A stretch of 60,875 bases of DNA from assembly GCA_013289395.1 (NCBI GenBank), contig JABCZY010000001.1, forward strand, positions 1 to 60,875. The letters run 5' to 3'. Position numbers and translations under genes: made by a program. This stretch comes from Bacteroidota bacterium (GTDB lineage Bacteria; Bacteroidota; Bacteroidia; JABEUT01). Positions 13,701 to 20,078 of this stretch are shown piece by piece (within the stretch, counting starts at the first letter, position 1; each line of letters opens with the position of its first letter). A model generated the notes under the pieces. That model had not been told where the DNA came from. It was given only the letters and a program-made list of their open reading frames with translations, and made no database searches.

Positions 13701-16700
13701 CCAAGTATATGTTGCACCTGCTACAACTGTTGCATTAAGGTTTAATGTTGTACCTGCACATATTGGGCCATTATTAGATGCAGTAGGTGAAGCAGGAATT
13801 GGATTTACAATAAATGAACCAGACACTGCACTGGTTGCTGAACCACACGTTCCACTTACAATACAATAATAGTAAGTTGTGCCAGCTATTGCTGCCGACG
13901 GTGTATAAGATGACGAAGTTGCACCACTTATTAATGTACCTCCACTATTTGATGCTGATGCATTGCTATACCATTGATACGTTAGTGTGCCGGTGCCAGT
14001 TGCGCTTACAGAAATTGCACTAAACGCTCCACCTGCACATTGTGTTTGAGTTGCTGTTGATTGACTTGTAATGGATGTTGCAGGAGTTACAATTATTGCA
14101 CCAGATACTGCACTTGTAACATTACCGCATGGACCACTAACAATACAATAGTAATAGGTTGTACCCGCAACTATAGTTGGAGGAGTATAAATGGACGCAG
14201 TTGCAACACCTATTGAAGCACCTCCGGAATTTGATGCTGATGCGTTACTATACCATTGATATGTTAATGTAGCCGTTCCGGTTGCAGTTATTGACATCGC
14301 ACTGAAACTTCCTCCCACACATTGTGTTTGAGTTGCAGTTGACTGACTATTTATGGACGTTGCAGGAGTAACTATAATTGCTCCCGACACTGCACTGGTT
14401 GTATTAGCACAAGTGCTACCTACTATACAATAGTAATAAGTTGTACCTACTGATGTTGCAGGAGGTGTGTACGTAGATGAAGTTGCTCCAACTATTAATG
14501 TACCGCCACTGTTTGATGCTGACACATTGCTATACCATTGATAAGTAAGCGTGCCAGTGCCGGTTGCAGTTACTGACATTGGACTAAACGACCCACCAAT
14601 ACACTGCGTTTGTGTTGCCGTTGATTGGCTGGAAATTGATGTCGCCGGGTTAACTATCATTGCTCCTGACACCGCGCTAGTAGATGAATTACATGTTCCA
14701 CTTACTATGCAATAATAATAGGTTGTTCCTACTAAAGTTGCAGGGGGTGTATACGAAGATGAAGTTGCACCGCCGATTAATGTACCTCCACTATTTGATG
14801 CAGAAGCATTACTATACCATTGATAGGTTAAAGGTGCGGTTCCGGTTGCAGTTACTGATATTGCACTAAAGGCCCCACTCACGCACTGTGTTTGGGTTGC
14901 AGTTGATTGGCTTGAAATTGATGTCGCAGGTGTTACTATTATTGCTCCTGATACCGCACTGGTTGTATTAGCGCAACTGCTACCTACTATGCAATAGTAG
15001 TAAGTTGTACCTACTAATGTTGCAGGAGGTGTGTATGTAGATGAAGTTGCACCACCGATTAATGTACCTCCACTATTCGAGGCTGATGCATTACTGTACC
15101 ATTGATAGGTTAAAGTACCTGTTCCAGTAGCAGTTACCGACATAGCTGTAAAACTTCCGCCAATACACTGCGTTTGTGTTGCTGTTGACTGACTCGAAAT
15201 TATTGTGGCAGGAGTTACTATTATTGCCCCGGATACCGCACTAGTAGCTGAACTACAAGTACCACTTACTATACAATAGTAATAGCTTGTACCTACTATG
15301 GTTGTGGGAGGAGTATATGAAAATGAAGTTGCACCAACTATTAATGTACCACCACTATTTGATGCAGAAGCATTACTATACCATTGATAGGTTAAAGGTG
15401 CGGTTCCGGTTGCGGTAACGGACAAGGCACTGAATGATGCGCCAACACATTGCGTTTGTGTTGCTGTAGATTGACTTGAGATTGATGTGGCAGGTGTTAC
15501 TATTATTGCTCCCGATATGGCACTGGTTGCATTAGCACAACTACTACTTACTATACAGTAGTAATAAGTTGTACCTACTACGGTTGCAGGAGGTGTATAA
15601 GTTGATGAGGTTGCACCACCGATTAATGTACCTCCACTATTCGAGGCTGATACATTGCTATACCATTGGTAAGTTAAGACACCTGTTCCGGTTGCAGTAA
15701 CCGACATTGCCGTAAAGCTTCCGCCAATACATTGCGTTTGTGTTGCGGTTGACTGGCTGGAAATTGATGTAGCAGGTGTTACTATTATTGCCCCGGATAC
15801 TGCACTGGTTGCTGTATTACATGTTCCACTTACGATACAGTAATAATAAGTTGTACCAGCTACGGTTGCTGGTGGTGTATATGTCGATGAGGTTGCACCA
15901 ACTATTAAAGTACCACCGCTATTTGATGCAGAAGCATTACTATACCATTGGTATGTTAAAGGTGCGGTTCCAGTTGCAGTTACTGACATGGCACTAAAGG
16001 CCCCACTCACGCACTGTGTTTGGGTTGCAGTTGATTGGCTTGAAATTGATGTCGCAGGAGTTACTATTATAGCCCCTGACACAGCACTTGTTAATGCACT
16101 ACAAGTACTACCCACAACACAATAATAATAGGTTGTACCTACAATGGTTGCCGGAGGCGTATATGTAGATGAAGTTGCTCCGACTATTAATGTACCACCG
16201 CTATTTGATGCACTTGCATTACTGTACCATTGATATGTTAGCGTACCTGTTCCGGTTGCAGAAACTGACATGGCACTAAAGCTTCCACCAATACATTGTG
16301 TTTGGGTTGCTGTCGATTGACTGTTTATTATCGTAGCTGGATTAACAATTATGGCTCCGGATACTGCACTGGTTGCATTAGCACATGTTCCGCTTACAAT
16401 GCAGTAATAATATGTTGTGCCTACTGATGTTGCAGGAGGTGTATATGTAGATGAAGTTGCTCCTCCAATTAAGGTGCCACCACTATTTGAAGCACTAGCA
16501 TTACTATACCATTGATAGGTTAAGGTGCCGGTGCCGGTGGCAGTTACTGACATGGCGCTAAAGCTTCCGCCAATACACTGCGTTTGTGTTGCAGTTGATT
16601 GACTGGAAATTGATGTTGCAGGAGTTACTATTATTGCCCCGGATACTGCACTGGTAGCTGAACCACATGTTCCACTTACTATACAATAGTAATAAGTTGT

Positions 16701-19499
16701 ACCGGCTACGGTGGACAGTGGAGTGTAAGTAGATGAAGTTGCACCAATTATTAATGTACCTCCACTATTCGAGGCTGATGCATTACTATACCATTGATAA
16801 GTAAGCGTGCCAGTGCCGGTTGCAGTTACTGACATGGCGCTAAAGGACCCACTCACACATTGTGTTTGGGTTGCAGTAGATTGACTTGTAATTGCTGTTG
16901 TAGGAGTTACTATTATTGCTCCAGATACTGCACTGGTTGCTGAACTACATGTTCCACTTACTATACAATAGTAGTAAGTTGTGCCAGCTACTGTTGCTGG
17001 AGGTGTGTAAGTTGATGAGATTGCGCCAACAATTAATGTACCTCCACTATTCGAGGCCGATGCATTACTATACCATTGATAGGTTAAGGTACCTGTTCCC
17101 GTTGCAGTTACCAACATCGCTGTAAAGGTTCCACTCACACATTGTGTTTGTGTTGCAGTAGATTGACTTGTAATTGCTGTTGTAGGAGTTACAGTTACAA
17201 CAACGCTTGCCGGGGAATATGCACAACCACTGCTATTAACAAATACTGTGTAAGTAGTAGTAACAGTAGGGCTTGCAATAGGGTTGGCTGAACTGGAATT
17301 ATTTAAACTTACATTTGTTGAAGATGAAGTCCAGGTGTATACTGTACCACCACCGCTACTAGGACCGGTAGGGCTTCCTCCTAATGTTGTACTTTGTCCA
17401 CTACATATCGAAACATTAGAACCAGCTTGCAGCGGAGTCGGATCTGGCCTGTTGGCAGGAACGAATACAGCGTTAAGATACATTCTTACTCCATTAATAT
17501 AATTAAGAGTACCTGTCTGACCTGCCTGATAATCATGACCTGCTAAGTAAAAAACATTTCCACCCACTGAATCCGGGTTACCCAAGTGTACCCCTGCTGC
17601 AATTACAGTATCACCCGTTACTTTACCTGAATGGACGCATTCATACATTTCAGGGTGCCATGACGATGTATCGGCTGATGATAGCTCAAAACTTGCTACC
17701 GTACCTGATCTTGAAACTACCGTTCCCTGAAACTGAGAAAATGCCATATCGGCGTTTCCATAATAATTTGTAAATTGAGTACCTTGATCCACAACTCCAT
17801 GTGAAGACTGAAAGTGTCTGGTAGGCTGCATTTGGTTCTCATACTTATCAATACCTGCACATTGTGCCAAGAAATTGCCACCTTCCTCAATAAATTGATA
17901 GACCGGTCGTACTACGCTCGTATCCGCTGGGTAATTTATGGGGCCAGCAGCTGGAGGAACAGTTGTAGTATTATCCCAATGCGATTCCGAGCAGAAAGTA
18001 AAACATTCGGCCAAGCCTGAAAAAGAGCCAGCACTTAATGCCGTATCCACATTGGGTGATGTCCAAACTTTTGATGAATCCAGCATTGCTAACTGTACAG
18101 ATTGGAAGCCACCATTATTGAACAGAGCAATCTTTGGGCGGTGGCTTAGTGTATACCTAACATCTACAGAAGTATTGGAGCTCAACTTATACACTGCTAC
18201 TTTCCATCGTGTAGCAAATGTTGAAATAACCTGCGTGGCTGTTTGTTCCCCCGGGTAAACCGAACGTGCAAGGTAGGTGGTATCAACTTCAAATTCACCT
18301 GCCTTAAAGTACTGTAACGCAGCAGCAATATTAGTAGGGTATAATCTGGTTGCAATGGCCGAAAAATCACTACTGTCTTTTGTTTTACCCGATTTTATGA
18401 TCCATTTAACGGGTATATCCTGCATTAAAAGCGCACGTACTAAACCATATGCCTTTATATTAAATCCATTTAACGTTACACCGTTCGATTTCCATAAATT
18501 CTGGTGCGAGTTATCCATCGGAATTATTAAAGAACCTGCGGTAACAGTTTGAAAATTAGAGGTTGGATTTGGCAAATCGGGGGTAGCGTGACAGGCACCA
18601 GTACCAAGAGTAACTGAAACTGTTGGGTTAGGGCTCATATTACTTATCAGGCTTCCATTATAGTTAAATGAAGATAAGGTGGCATCGACAACATCTCCAC
18701 TTGTTGCAGTGGAGGCAATATCATAACAAACATAAAAGTAATATGTTCCTGCACCCAATAATAATGGCTGGGAACCATTTACAGTAAATGCCCCATTCGG
18801 ATTATTGACAGAACCAAAAAAATTAAAAGCATTATATCCCTGTGTTTGGCCGGTATAATATATTCTGGCTCTTGTAATATCAGTTGCAGCATTTGTTGAA
18901 CCCGCTGTTGTCAGGTTAAACTGTGTTATGGTACTTGCACAAGTACCACCCGTGTTCATCACAATTTTTATTTCCTGTACAGCATTAGTTACTTCAGTAC
19001 AACTCAAATCAATATTAGAAGCAATATATTGATCAGTGGAACTGGAAGTATATATCAAACCCGAAAGGATGATAACTGTTTGGGTAGAAGCTGTTGTAAT
19101 AGATCCGGCTGTTGCACAATTAACACCAGCAGCCCATGTTACAGTGGCGTAATAATAAAATGTCCCTGCAATTAAAGTTGGAGGCGCATAAGTATAGGTT
19201 GTTGTTGCAGTAGTTGAAGCTGTTGTTTGAACAAGTGTTCCACCGGAAGTAGAGTTTGATGAATTCTGGTACCAGGTAACCGTTATTGGAATATTAGTTG
19301 TAACACCACCTGGTATTGCGCCAGTACATGTAGTGGTAGTAATTGTAACTGTTAGATTAGATGAAGTGGTGTTCTGACAATAAGTTGCACCTCCGGCAAT
19401 AGTAATTCCTGTAGGGTACCTGTCTTTATTATTAGCAGCAAAGCTATAATTGACATTAGCAAGAAAAACAAAAATTAAAATCTTGTAAAAATTCCTCAT
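4701..19499 (-). CDS. Giant (4932 aa) repeat-rich cell-surface adhesin with a T9SS type-B C-terminal sorting domain (SprB-like cargo class)
   Basis: Single uninterrupted 14.8-kb ORF with an N-terminal signal peptide (ILIFVFLANVNYSFA). It contains three classes of Ig-like repeats, two PKD-like units (WNWNLGNN, WNWKFGDS) and a terminal FTPNGDGNNDILYV...WDGKFHG...GTFVW domain. Confidence 0.92.
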   Translation of the reverse strand: MRNFYKILIFVFLANVNYSFAANNKDRYPTGITIAGGATYCQNTTSSNLTVTITTTTCTGAIPGGVTTNIPITVTWYQNSSNSTSGGTLVQTTASTTATTTYTYAPPTLIAGTFYYYATVTWAAGVNCATAGSITTASTQTVIILSGLIYTSSSTDQYIASNIDLSCTEVTNAVQEIKIVMNTGGTCASTITQFNLTTAGSTNAATDITRARIYYTGQTQGYNAFNFFGSVNNPNGAFTVNGSQPLLLGAGTYYFYVCYDIASTATSGDVVDATLSSFNYNGSLISNMSPNPTVSVTLGTGACHATPDLPNPTSNFQTVTAGSLIIPMDNSHQNLWKSNGVTLNGFNIKAYGLVRALLMQDIPVKWIIKSGKTKDSSDFSAIATRLYPTNIAAALQYFKAGEFEVDTTYLARSVYPGEQTATQVISTFATRWKVAVYKLSSNTSVDVRYTLSHRPKIALFNNGGFQSVQLAMLDSSKVWTSPNVDTALSAGSFSGLAECFTFCSESHWDNTTTVPPAAGPINYPADTSVVRPVYQFIEEGGNFLAQCAGIDKYENQMQPTRHFQSSHGVVDQGTQFTNYYGNADMAFSQFQGTVVSRSGTVASFELSSADTSSWHPEMYECVHSGKVTGDTVIAAGVHLGNPDSVGGNVFYLAGHDYQAGQTGTLNYINGVRMYLNAVFVPANRPDPTPLQAGSNVSICSGQSTTLGGSPTGPSSGGGTVYTWTSSSTNVSLNNSSSANPIASPTVTTTYTVFVNSSGCAYSPASVVVTVTPTTAITSQSTATQTQCVSGTFTAMLVTATGTGTLTYQWYSNASASNSGGTLIVGAISSTYTPPATVAGTTYYYCIVSGTCSSATSAVSGAIIVTPTTAITSQSTATQTQCVSGSFSAMSVTATGTGTLTYQWYSNASASNSGGTLIIGATSSTYTPLSTVAGTTYYYCIVSGTCGSATSAVSGAIIVTPATSISSQSTATQTQCIGGSFSAMSVTATGTGTLTYQWYSNASASNSGGTLIGGATSSTYTPPATSVGTTYYYCIVSGTCANATSAVSGAIIVNPATIINSQSTATQTQCIGGSFSAMSVSATGTGTLTYQWYSNASASNSGGTLIVGATSSTYTPPATIVGTTYYYCVVGSTCSALTSAVSGAIIVTPATSISSQSTATQTQCVSGAFSAMSVTATGTAPLTYQWYSNASASNSGGTLIVGATSSTYTPPATVAGTTYYYCIVSGTCNTATSAVSGAIIVTPATSISSQSTATQTQCIGGSFTAMSVTATGTGVLTYQWYSNVSASNSGGTLIGGATSSTYTPPATVVGTTYYYCIVSSSCANATSAISGAIIVTPATSISSQSTATQTQCVGASFSALSVTATGTAPLTYQWYSNASASNSGGTLIVGATSFSYTPPTTIVGTSYYYCIVSGTCSSATSAVSGAIIVTPATIISSQSTATQTQCIGGSFTAMSVTATGTGTLTYQWYSNASASNSGGTLIGGATSSTYTPPATLVGTTYYYCIVGSSCANTTSAVSGAIIVTPATSISSQSTATQTQCVSGAFSAISVTATGTAPLTYQWYSNASASNSGGTLIGGATSSSYTPPATLVGTTYYYCIVSGTCNSSTSAVSGAMIVNPATSISSQSTATQTQCIGGSFSPMSVTATGTGTLTYQWYSNVSASNSGGTLIVGATSSTYTPPATSVGTTYYYCIVGSTCANTTSAVSGAIIVTPATSINSQSTATQTQCVGGSFSAMSITATGTATLTYQWYSNASASNSGGASIGVATASIYTPPTIVAGTTYYYCIVSGPCGNVTSAVSGAIIVTPATSITSQSTATQTQCAGGAFSAISVSATGTGTLTYQWYSNASASNSGGTLISGATSSSYTPSAAIAGTTYYYCIVSGTCGSATSAVSGSFIVNPIPASPTASNNGPICAGTTLNLNATVVAGATYTWSGPNGFTSLSQDTSITNATTAATGTYSVYATVSGCTSSAGTTPATVKPVPTTPTATNNGPICAGATLTLTTGLVAGATYAWNGPGFTSTSQIASITNATTAASGTYSITVTVGGCGSSGNTTIATVNPIPVSPTASSNTPLCIGSTLNLNATTVAGATYAWIGPNSFSSTSQTPTLSGVVVADGGTYSVTATVSGCTSPEGTTLVVINPPPAAPTVTSNSPVCSGNTLSLHASNITGASYSWTGPNTFTSTNQNPNITSVTTAAAGTYSVNATVPGCATSPNGTITVVVNQTPASPAATSPSPICSGSSLNLTASTVPGTTYTWTGPNSFKSISQDTSILNSTTAASGTYTVVASANGCNSSNGTVSVVVNQTPPAPTVGSNSPICLGGAINLTASTVTSATYAWSGPNGFTSTSQNPNIPVSVIADSGIYSVNATILGCTGPNGTVDVSINPPPAAPVAGSNSPICAGTTLNLTASTVTNAAYSWTGPNTFTSSTQNPNISSVTTAASGTYSVTAKVPGCVVSSAGTVSVTVNPIPATPTATSNSPVCTGSNLNLMSSTIGGATYKWTGPNSFVSISQDTSISNVILADAGTYSVTATANGCTGSAGTVLVTVDVPAVVNAGTNQTVCANNDVISLNGSSSTGSAQWSSSGTGAFTPSNTTLNATYTPSKADTTAGSVILTLTSKNNGACSPVTSNITITFTHAPYVNAGPDQTVCGNNDVVTLNGSFTTSTGAVWSTSGSGVFAPNNTTMNATYTPSSADTAAGSITLTLTSTGNGLCSVVSDGMKITITHAPNVNAGSNVSVCKNNANVLLSGTSSTGSGVWNTSGSGTFSPNANTLNATYIASSADTAAGSVTLTLTSGSNGTCIPVNKSITVTYTPIPKVNAGPDVTACANNDAIILNGTSATGSGQWSTSGSGTFTPNNTTLNATYIPSNADTTTGSVTLTLASTNNGTCSPVSDQLVVNFTHAPTANAGSNASVCSNNANVILNGSFTIASGATWSTSGSGTFTPNNTTMNATYSPSSADTAAKSVTITLTTTGNGQCNAVSSSMTITYTIAPHVEAGPDTKVCLSSPDYTLSGYSSTGTGTWTTLGTGTFSPNTNTLGATYKPSTADTSAKTATLILTSTNNVSCNPVSDTIVLTYTKTPVVTAGSNQTVCANNDDVSLNATSSTGTGKWTSNGTGTFSPNNTTLNATYIPSSADTASGSVKLTFTATGGCNPTASSITITITHAPYVNSGPDQAVCRNNANVTLSGIVGGATTTGIWSTSGTGTFNPDNLTLNSTYIPSTADTTAGSVKLVLTSTGNGTCNAVTDTMMITYTKIPVVGAGSDQTVCANNDSVQLAGTSTSGSGQWSSSGTGSFSPNNNTSNAIYIPSNADTTSGSVTLTFTSTNNGGCTPVADQMVITINHAPVVSAGPDQSVCANNANTDLTGSVSNATGGQWGTTGSGIFTPSNTALNTTYVPSAADTTAGSVKLFLVTIGNGLCKATTDTMVLTITHAPNVNAGGNASVCNSSPDYTLNGSSSTGSGQWSTLGDGSFSPNNTTLNATYIPGTADTTSGNVKIVLASTGNGNCSAVTDTMIIRYDKRPKDNAGTNVTVCANNDSISLSGSSSTGSGQWISNGSGAFVPNSNTLNAIYVPSSADTGAGAVTLKLTTTNNGACAASNSQFVATITSAPYANAGIDQSICGNADAVLSGSINSVASGAQWSTLGSGTFSPNNSTLNATYIPSAADTSGHSVKLVLTTTGNGQCKAATDTMLINISPGPRVNAGGDVTVCLSNPDYTLNGSSSTGAGIWSTTNGSGTFSPNVNTLNATYMPSSADTAAHTVTLVLTSSNNGGCSASSDTVVLTYSTVPTANAGPDQTLCANNATVSLSGASGTGSGIWSTNGSGTFSPDNTSLNTTYIPSNADTTAGTVTLTLTTTGGCGSVPDNMTVTFTPAPFANAGTDQFACRNNPDVTLNGYVGGGASTGSWTTLGSGTFTPNNAALNATYVPSTADTMAGSVKLVLTTTNNGTCNATSDTMVINFTAPPSVNAGADESGCANNSVALNGVIIGGSGTGIWSTANGTGVFSPNNSTLTASYIPSNADTLAKNIVLVLTSTNNGNCNAITDTMVVTVSPGPIVNAGADQTVCANNANVTLSGSVANASGGQWSSTGSGTFTPSNTSLNATYIPSSSDITSGSIELVLASIGNGLCTKATDTMKVIFSPSPRVNAGADIYVCTGNTTASLNGSVSGGATTGMWSTLGSGTFSPDNVTLNATYNLSTVDTIAKTVKLVLTSTNNGSCISVTDTVVIRINPIPIANVSADTTVCASSASVAIHGNVTGGSGTGMWSTLGSGTFTPNDSTLNANYVPTSADTSAHSVKLILTTTKACMVSTDTMVVFFNSAPVVNAGPNQVVCSNNASVVLAGSVSNASGGKWITTGGGMFAPNDSTLNATYTPSASDITTDSVKLVLVSSGNGLCTAISDTMKVTFSPSPSVSAGSDIFVCTGNTTASLNGSVSGGATAGTWTTLGSGTFTPNNTTLNATYNLSSADTAAKTVKLVLTSTNNGGCLSVSDTVLIKITPIPTVTIGADTTVCANNNNIPIHATVSSGSGIWKTLGTGTFMPNDSTQNAHYVPGTADTAAKSVKLVFSATHSCSPVSDTMMITFSPAPKDNAGTDQAICAGSNVILKGTVALAAGGKWSGNGSGIFTPNDSALNAVYVPSLADVTTGKVTIVLTTTGNGACSASTDTMIVTIQSKPVANFKSSTACLNSTVSFTDESTVSVGSISAWNWNLGNNTSVAQNPTDNYNISGTQTITLIVSTSAGCSDTISRSIFVNPLPTALFTVKTSCPDSAQFTDNSIVNPGAISAWNWKFGDSSTSALQNPLHVYPINGTYITTLMVTSDSGCSASHSDTLTIDPCNNNGTIASAPGVPTAFTPNGDGNNDILYVRGGPFSLFDFRVFDQWGTQIFQANVQSEGWDGKFHGAVQPEGTFVWTLTGTTVDGKQVKMTGNVTILR
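4704..4961 (-). other. T9SS type-B sorting domain (gliding-motility-associated C-terminal domain, CHU_C type), last 86 aa of the adhesin
   Basis: VPTAFTPNGDGNNDILYVRGGPFSLFDFRVFDQWGTQIFQANVQSEGWDGKFHGAVQPEGTFVWTLTG...NVTILR matches the type-B CTD consensus (FTPNGDG.ND...NRWG...W.G...G...G.Y.Y). Confidence 0.85.
5480..11840 (-). repeat. 24 divergent in-frame tandem units (~86-90 aa each) inside the adhesin
   Basis: I counted 24 units in the translation. Each has the pattern NAG.DQ.VCANN...L.G....G.W.T.G.G.F.PN..TLNATY.PS.ADT.AGSV.L.LT...NG.C. The lower boundary is approximate. Confidence 0.8.
11859..13805 (-). repeat. 8 in-frame tandem units (~80 aa) of a second Ig-like repeat class inside the adhesin
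   Basis: Pattern P.P..PTA..N.P.C.G..L.L.A....GA.Y.W.GPN.F.S..Q...I......GTYSV.A...GC.S, counted 8 times in the translation. Confidence 0.8.
13806..17189 (-). repeat. 12 x 282-nt (94-aa) in-frame tandem repeat inside the adhesin
   Basis: The plus-strand anchor ccattg(a/g)ta (YQW) recurs at 13971, 14253, 14535, 14817, 15099, 15381, 15663, 15945, 16227, 16509, 16791 and 17073, exactly 282 nt apart. Unit consensus: TPATSISSQSTATQTQC.GGSFSAMSVTATGTGTLTYQWYSNASASNSGGTLI.GATSSTYTPPAT..GTTYYYCIVSGTC..ATSAVSGAIIV. Confidence 0.95.
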
Positions 19500-19755
19500 A
19501 AGCCTCTCGATTAAATGTTTACTCCCTAACTATTTTCGTTCTACGTGATGATTCAATAAAAGATACGTTGTTAATTGAAATATAATACAATTAAAAACAG
19601 GGGCAATATATAGTAAACTACTGAAAGTCATAAACATGGATTTATTTTAAAATCCCTTCTAATTATGCAAAACAGGTAATTTTAAGTATAAATACCGATG
19701 TACTTATACTTACTTATATCTAATCTTTTAGAACCATTTAACTGCCTTAATAAAT

Positions 19756-19789
19756 AACAAAACCAGAATCCTGAAATTCTGGTTTTGTT
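19756..19789 (-). terminator. Strong hairpin, probable intrinsic (bidirectional-type) terminator
   Basis: Perfect 14-bp stem (aacaaaaccagaat / attctggttttgtt) with a 6-nt loop (cctgaa). On the minus-strand RNA the 3' arm ends GGUUUUGUU and runs into AUUUAUU. It lies just downstream of the tRNA-3'-end-like repeat and the kdp module, and 257 nt upstream of the adhesin start. Confidence 0.6.
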
Positions 19790-19815
19790 CACGAGTCATT
19801 TATTATTGGTAGGGT

Positions 19816-19837
19816 AGTGGCTCTGGCAGGAATCGAA
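19816..19837 (-). repeat. Copy 1 of a 22-bp direct repeat resembling a tRNA 3' end (att-like)
   Basis: Plus strand is agtggctctggcaggaatcgaa. The minus strand is TTCGATTCCTGCCAGAGCCACT, which reads as T-loop (TTCGATT), T-stem 3' arm (CCTGC), 7-nt acceptor arm (CAGAGCC) and discriminator A. It is identical to 31234-31255. No matching T-stem 5' arm or acceptor 5' arm lies upstream, so this is not an intact tRNA. Confidence 0.7.
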
Positions 19838-20078
19838 CCACTGCGCATAAAAATATGACTATCAATACATTGTGGTCTCTTGAAGAGCTCTGGTTACACA
19901 AAAGTGAAGCATTCTATTTACCAAACAATTCAATAAGGTTAATATTTAATTATCTTTTATTCAAAGATAATTTATTCCAAAACCTTTTAAGATTAATTAG
20001 TAGACTTAAAAGCACATTTTAATAGCGGGCTTTTATTATCTTATCCATATAATAAGAAGAATAAAGTAAATCTAGAAA

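Noticed and set aside
13806-17189. Highly regular tandem repeats that could be mistaken for a CRISPR array or satellite
   Set aside because: The period of 282 nt is a multiple of 3, the units are contiguous with no spacers, and they sit in frame within one ORF, translating into a conserved 94-aa domain. The same argument applies to the 231-nt array at 49195-50575.
4837-18552. About 25 plus-strand ORFs of 60-222 aa in the track (e.g. 5953..6516, 10894..11562, 11827..12252) plus a few out-of-frame minus ORFs (e.g. 8531..8716)
   Set aside because: All lie inside the uninterrupted 14.8-kb minus-strand adhesin ORF. Their V/P/L/A-rich translations are the antisense mirror of the T/S/G/N-rich repeat codons, which lack stop codons on the opposite strand. 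They are shadow ORFs.
4701-19499. Diversity-generating retroelement or phase-variation cassette acting on the repeat arrays
   Set aside because: The window has no reverse transcriptase, template repeat, invertase or invertible promoter. Repeat variation is explained by ordinary divergence or recombination.
19816-19900. Possible tRNA gene on the minus strand (TTCGATTCC T-loop and acceptor-like 3' end), likewise at 31234-31310
   Set aside because: The sequence upstream of the T-loop does not pair with CCTGC (agtgg in copy 1, tgaga in copy 2). No GGCTCTG acceptor 5' arm, D-arm or anticodon arm can be drawn. I treat these as tRNA 3' fragments or att-like repeats only.
19984-20012. Hairpin cttttaag-N13-cttaaaag just after the histidine kinase stop, as a terminator (also the AT-only hairpin ttatcttt-N5-aaagataa at 19950-19970)
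   Set aside because: The 8-bp stems are almost entirely A/T and one has a large loop, so they are much weaker than the 14-bp hairpin at 19756-19789. Not reported as features.
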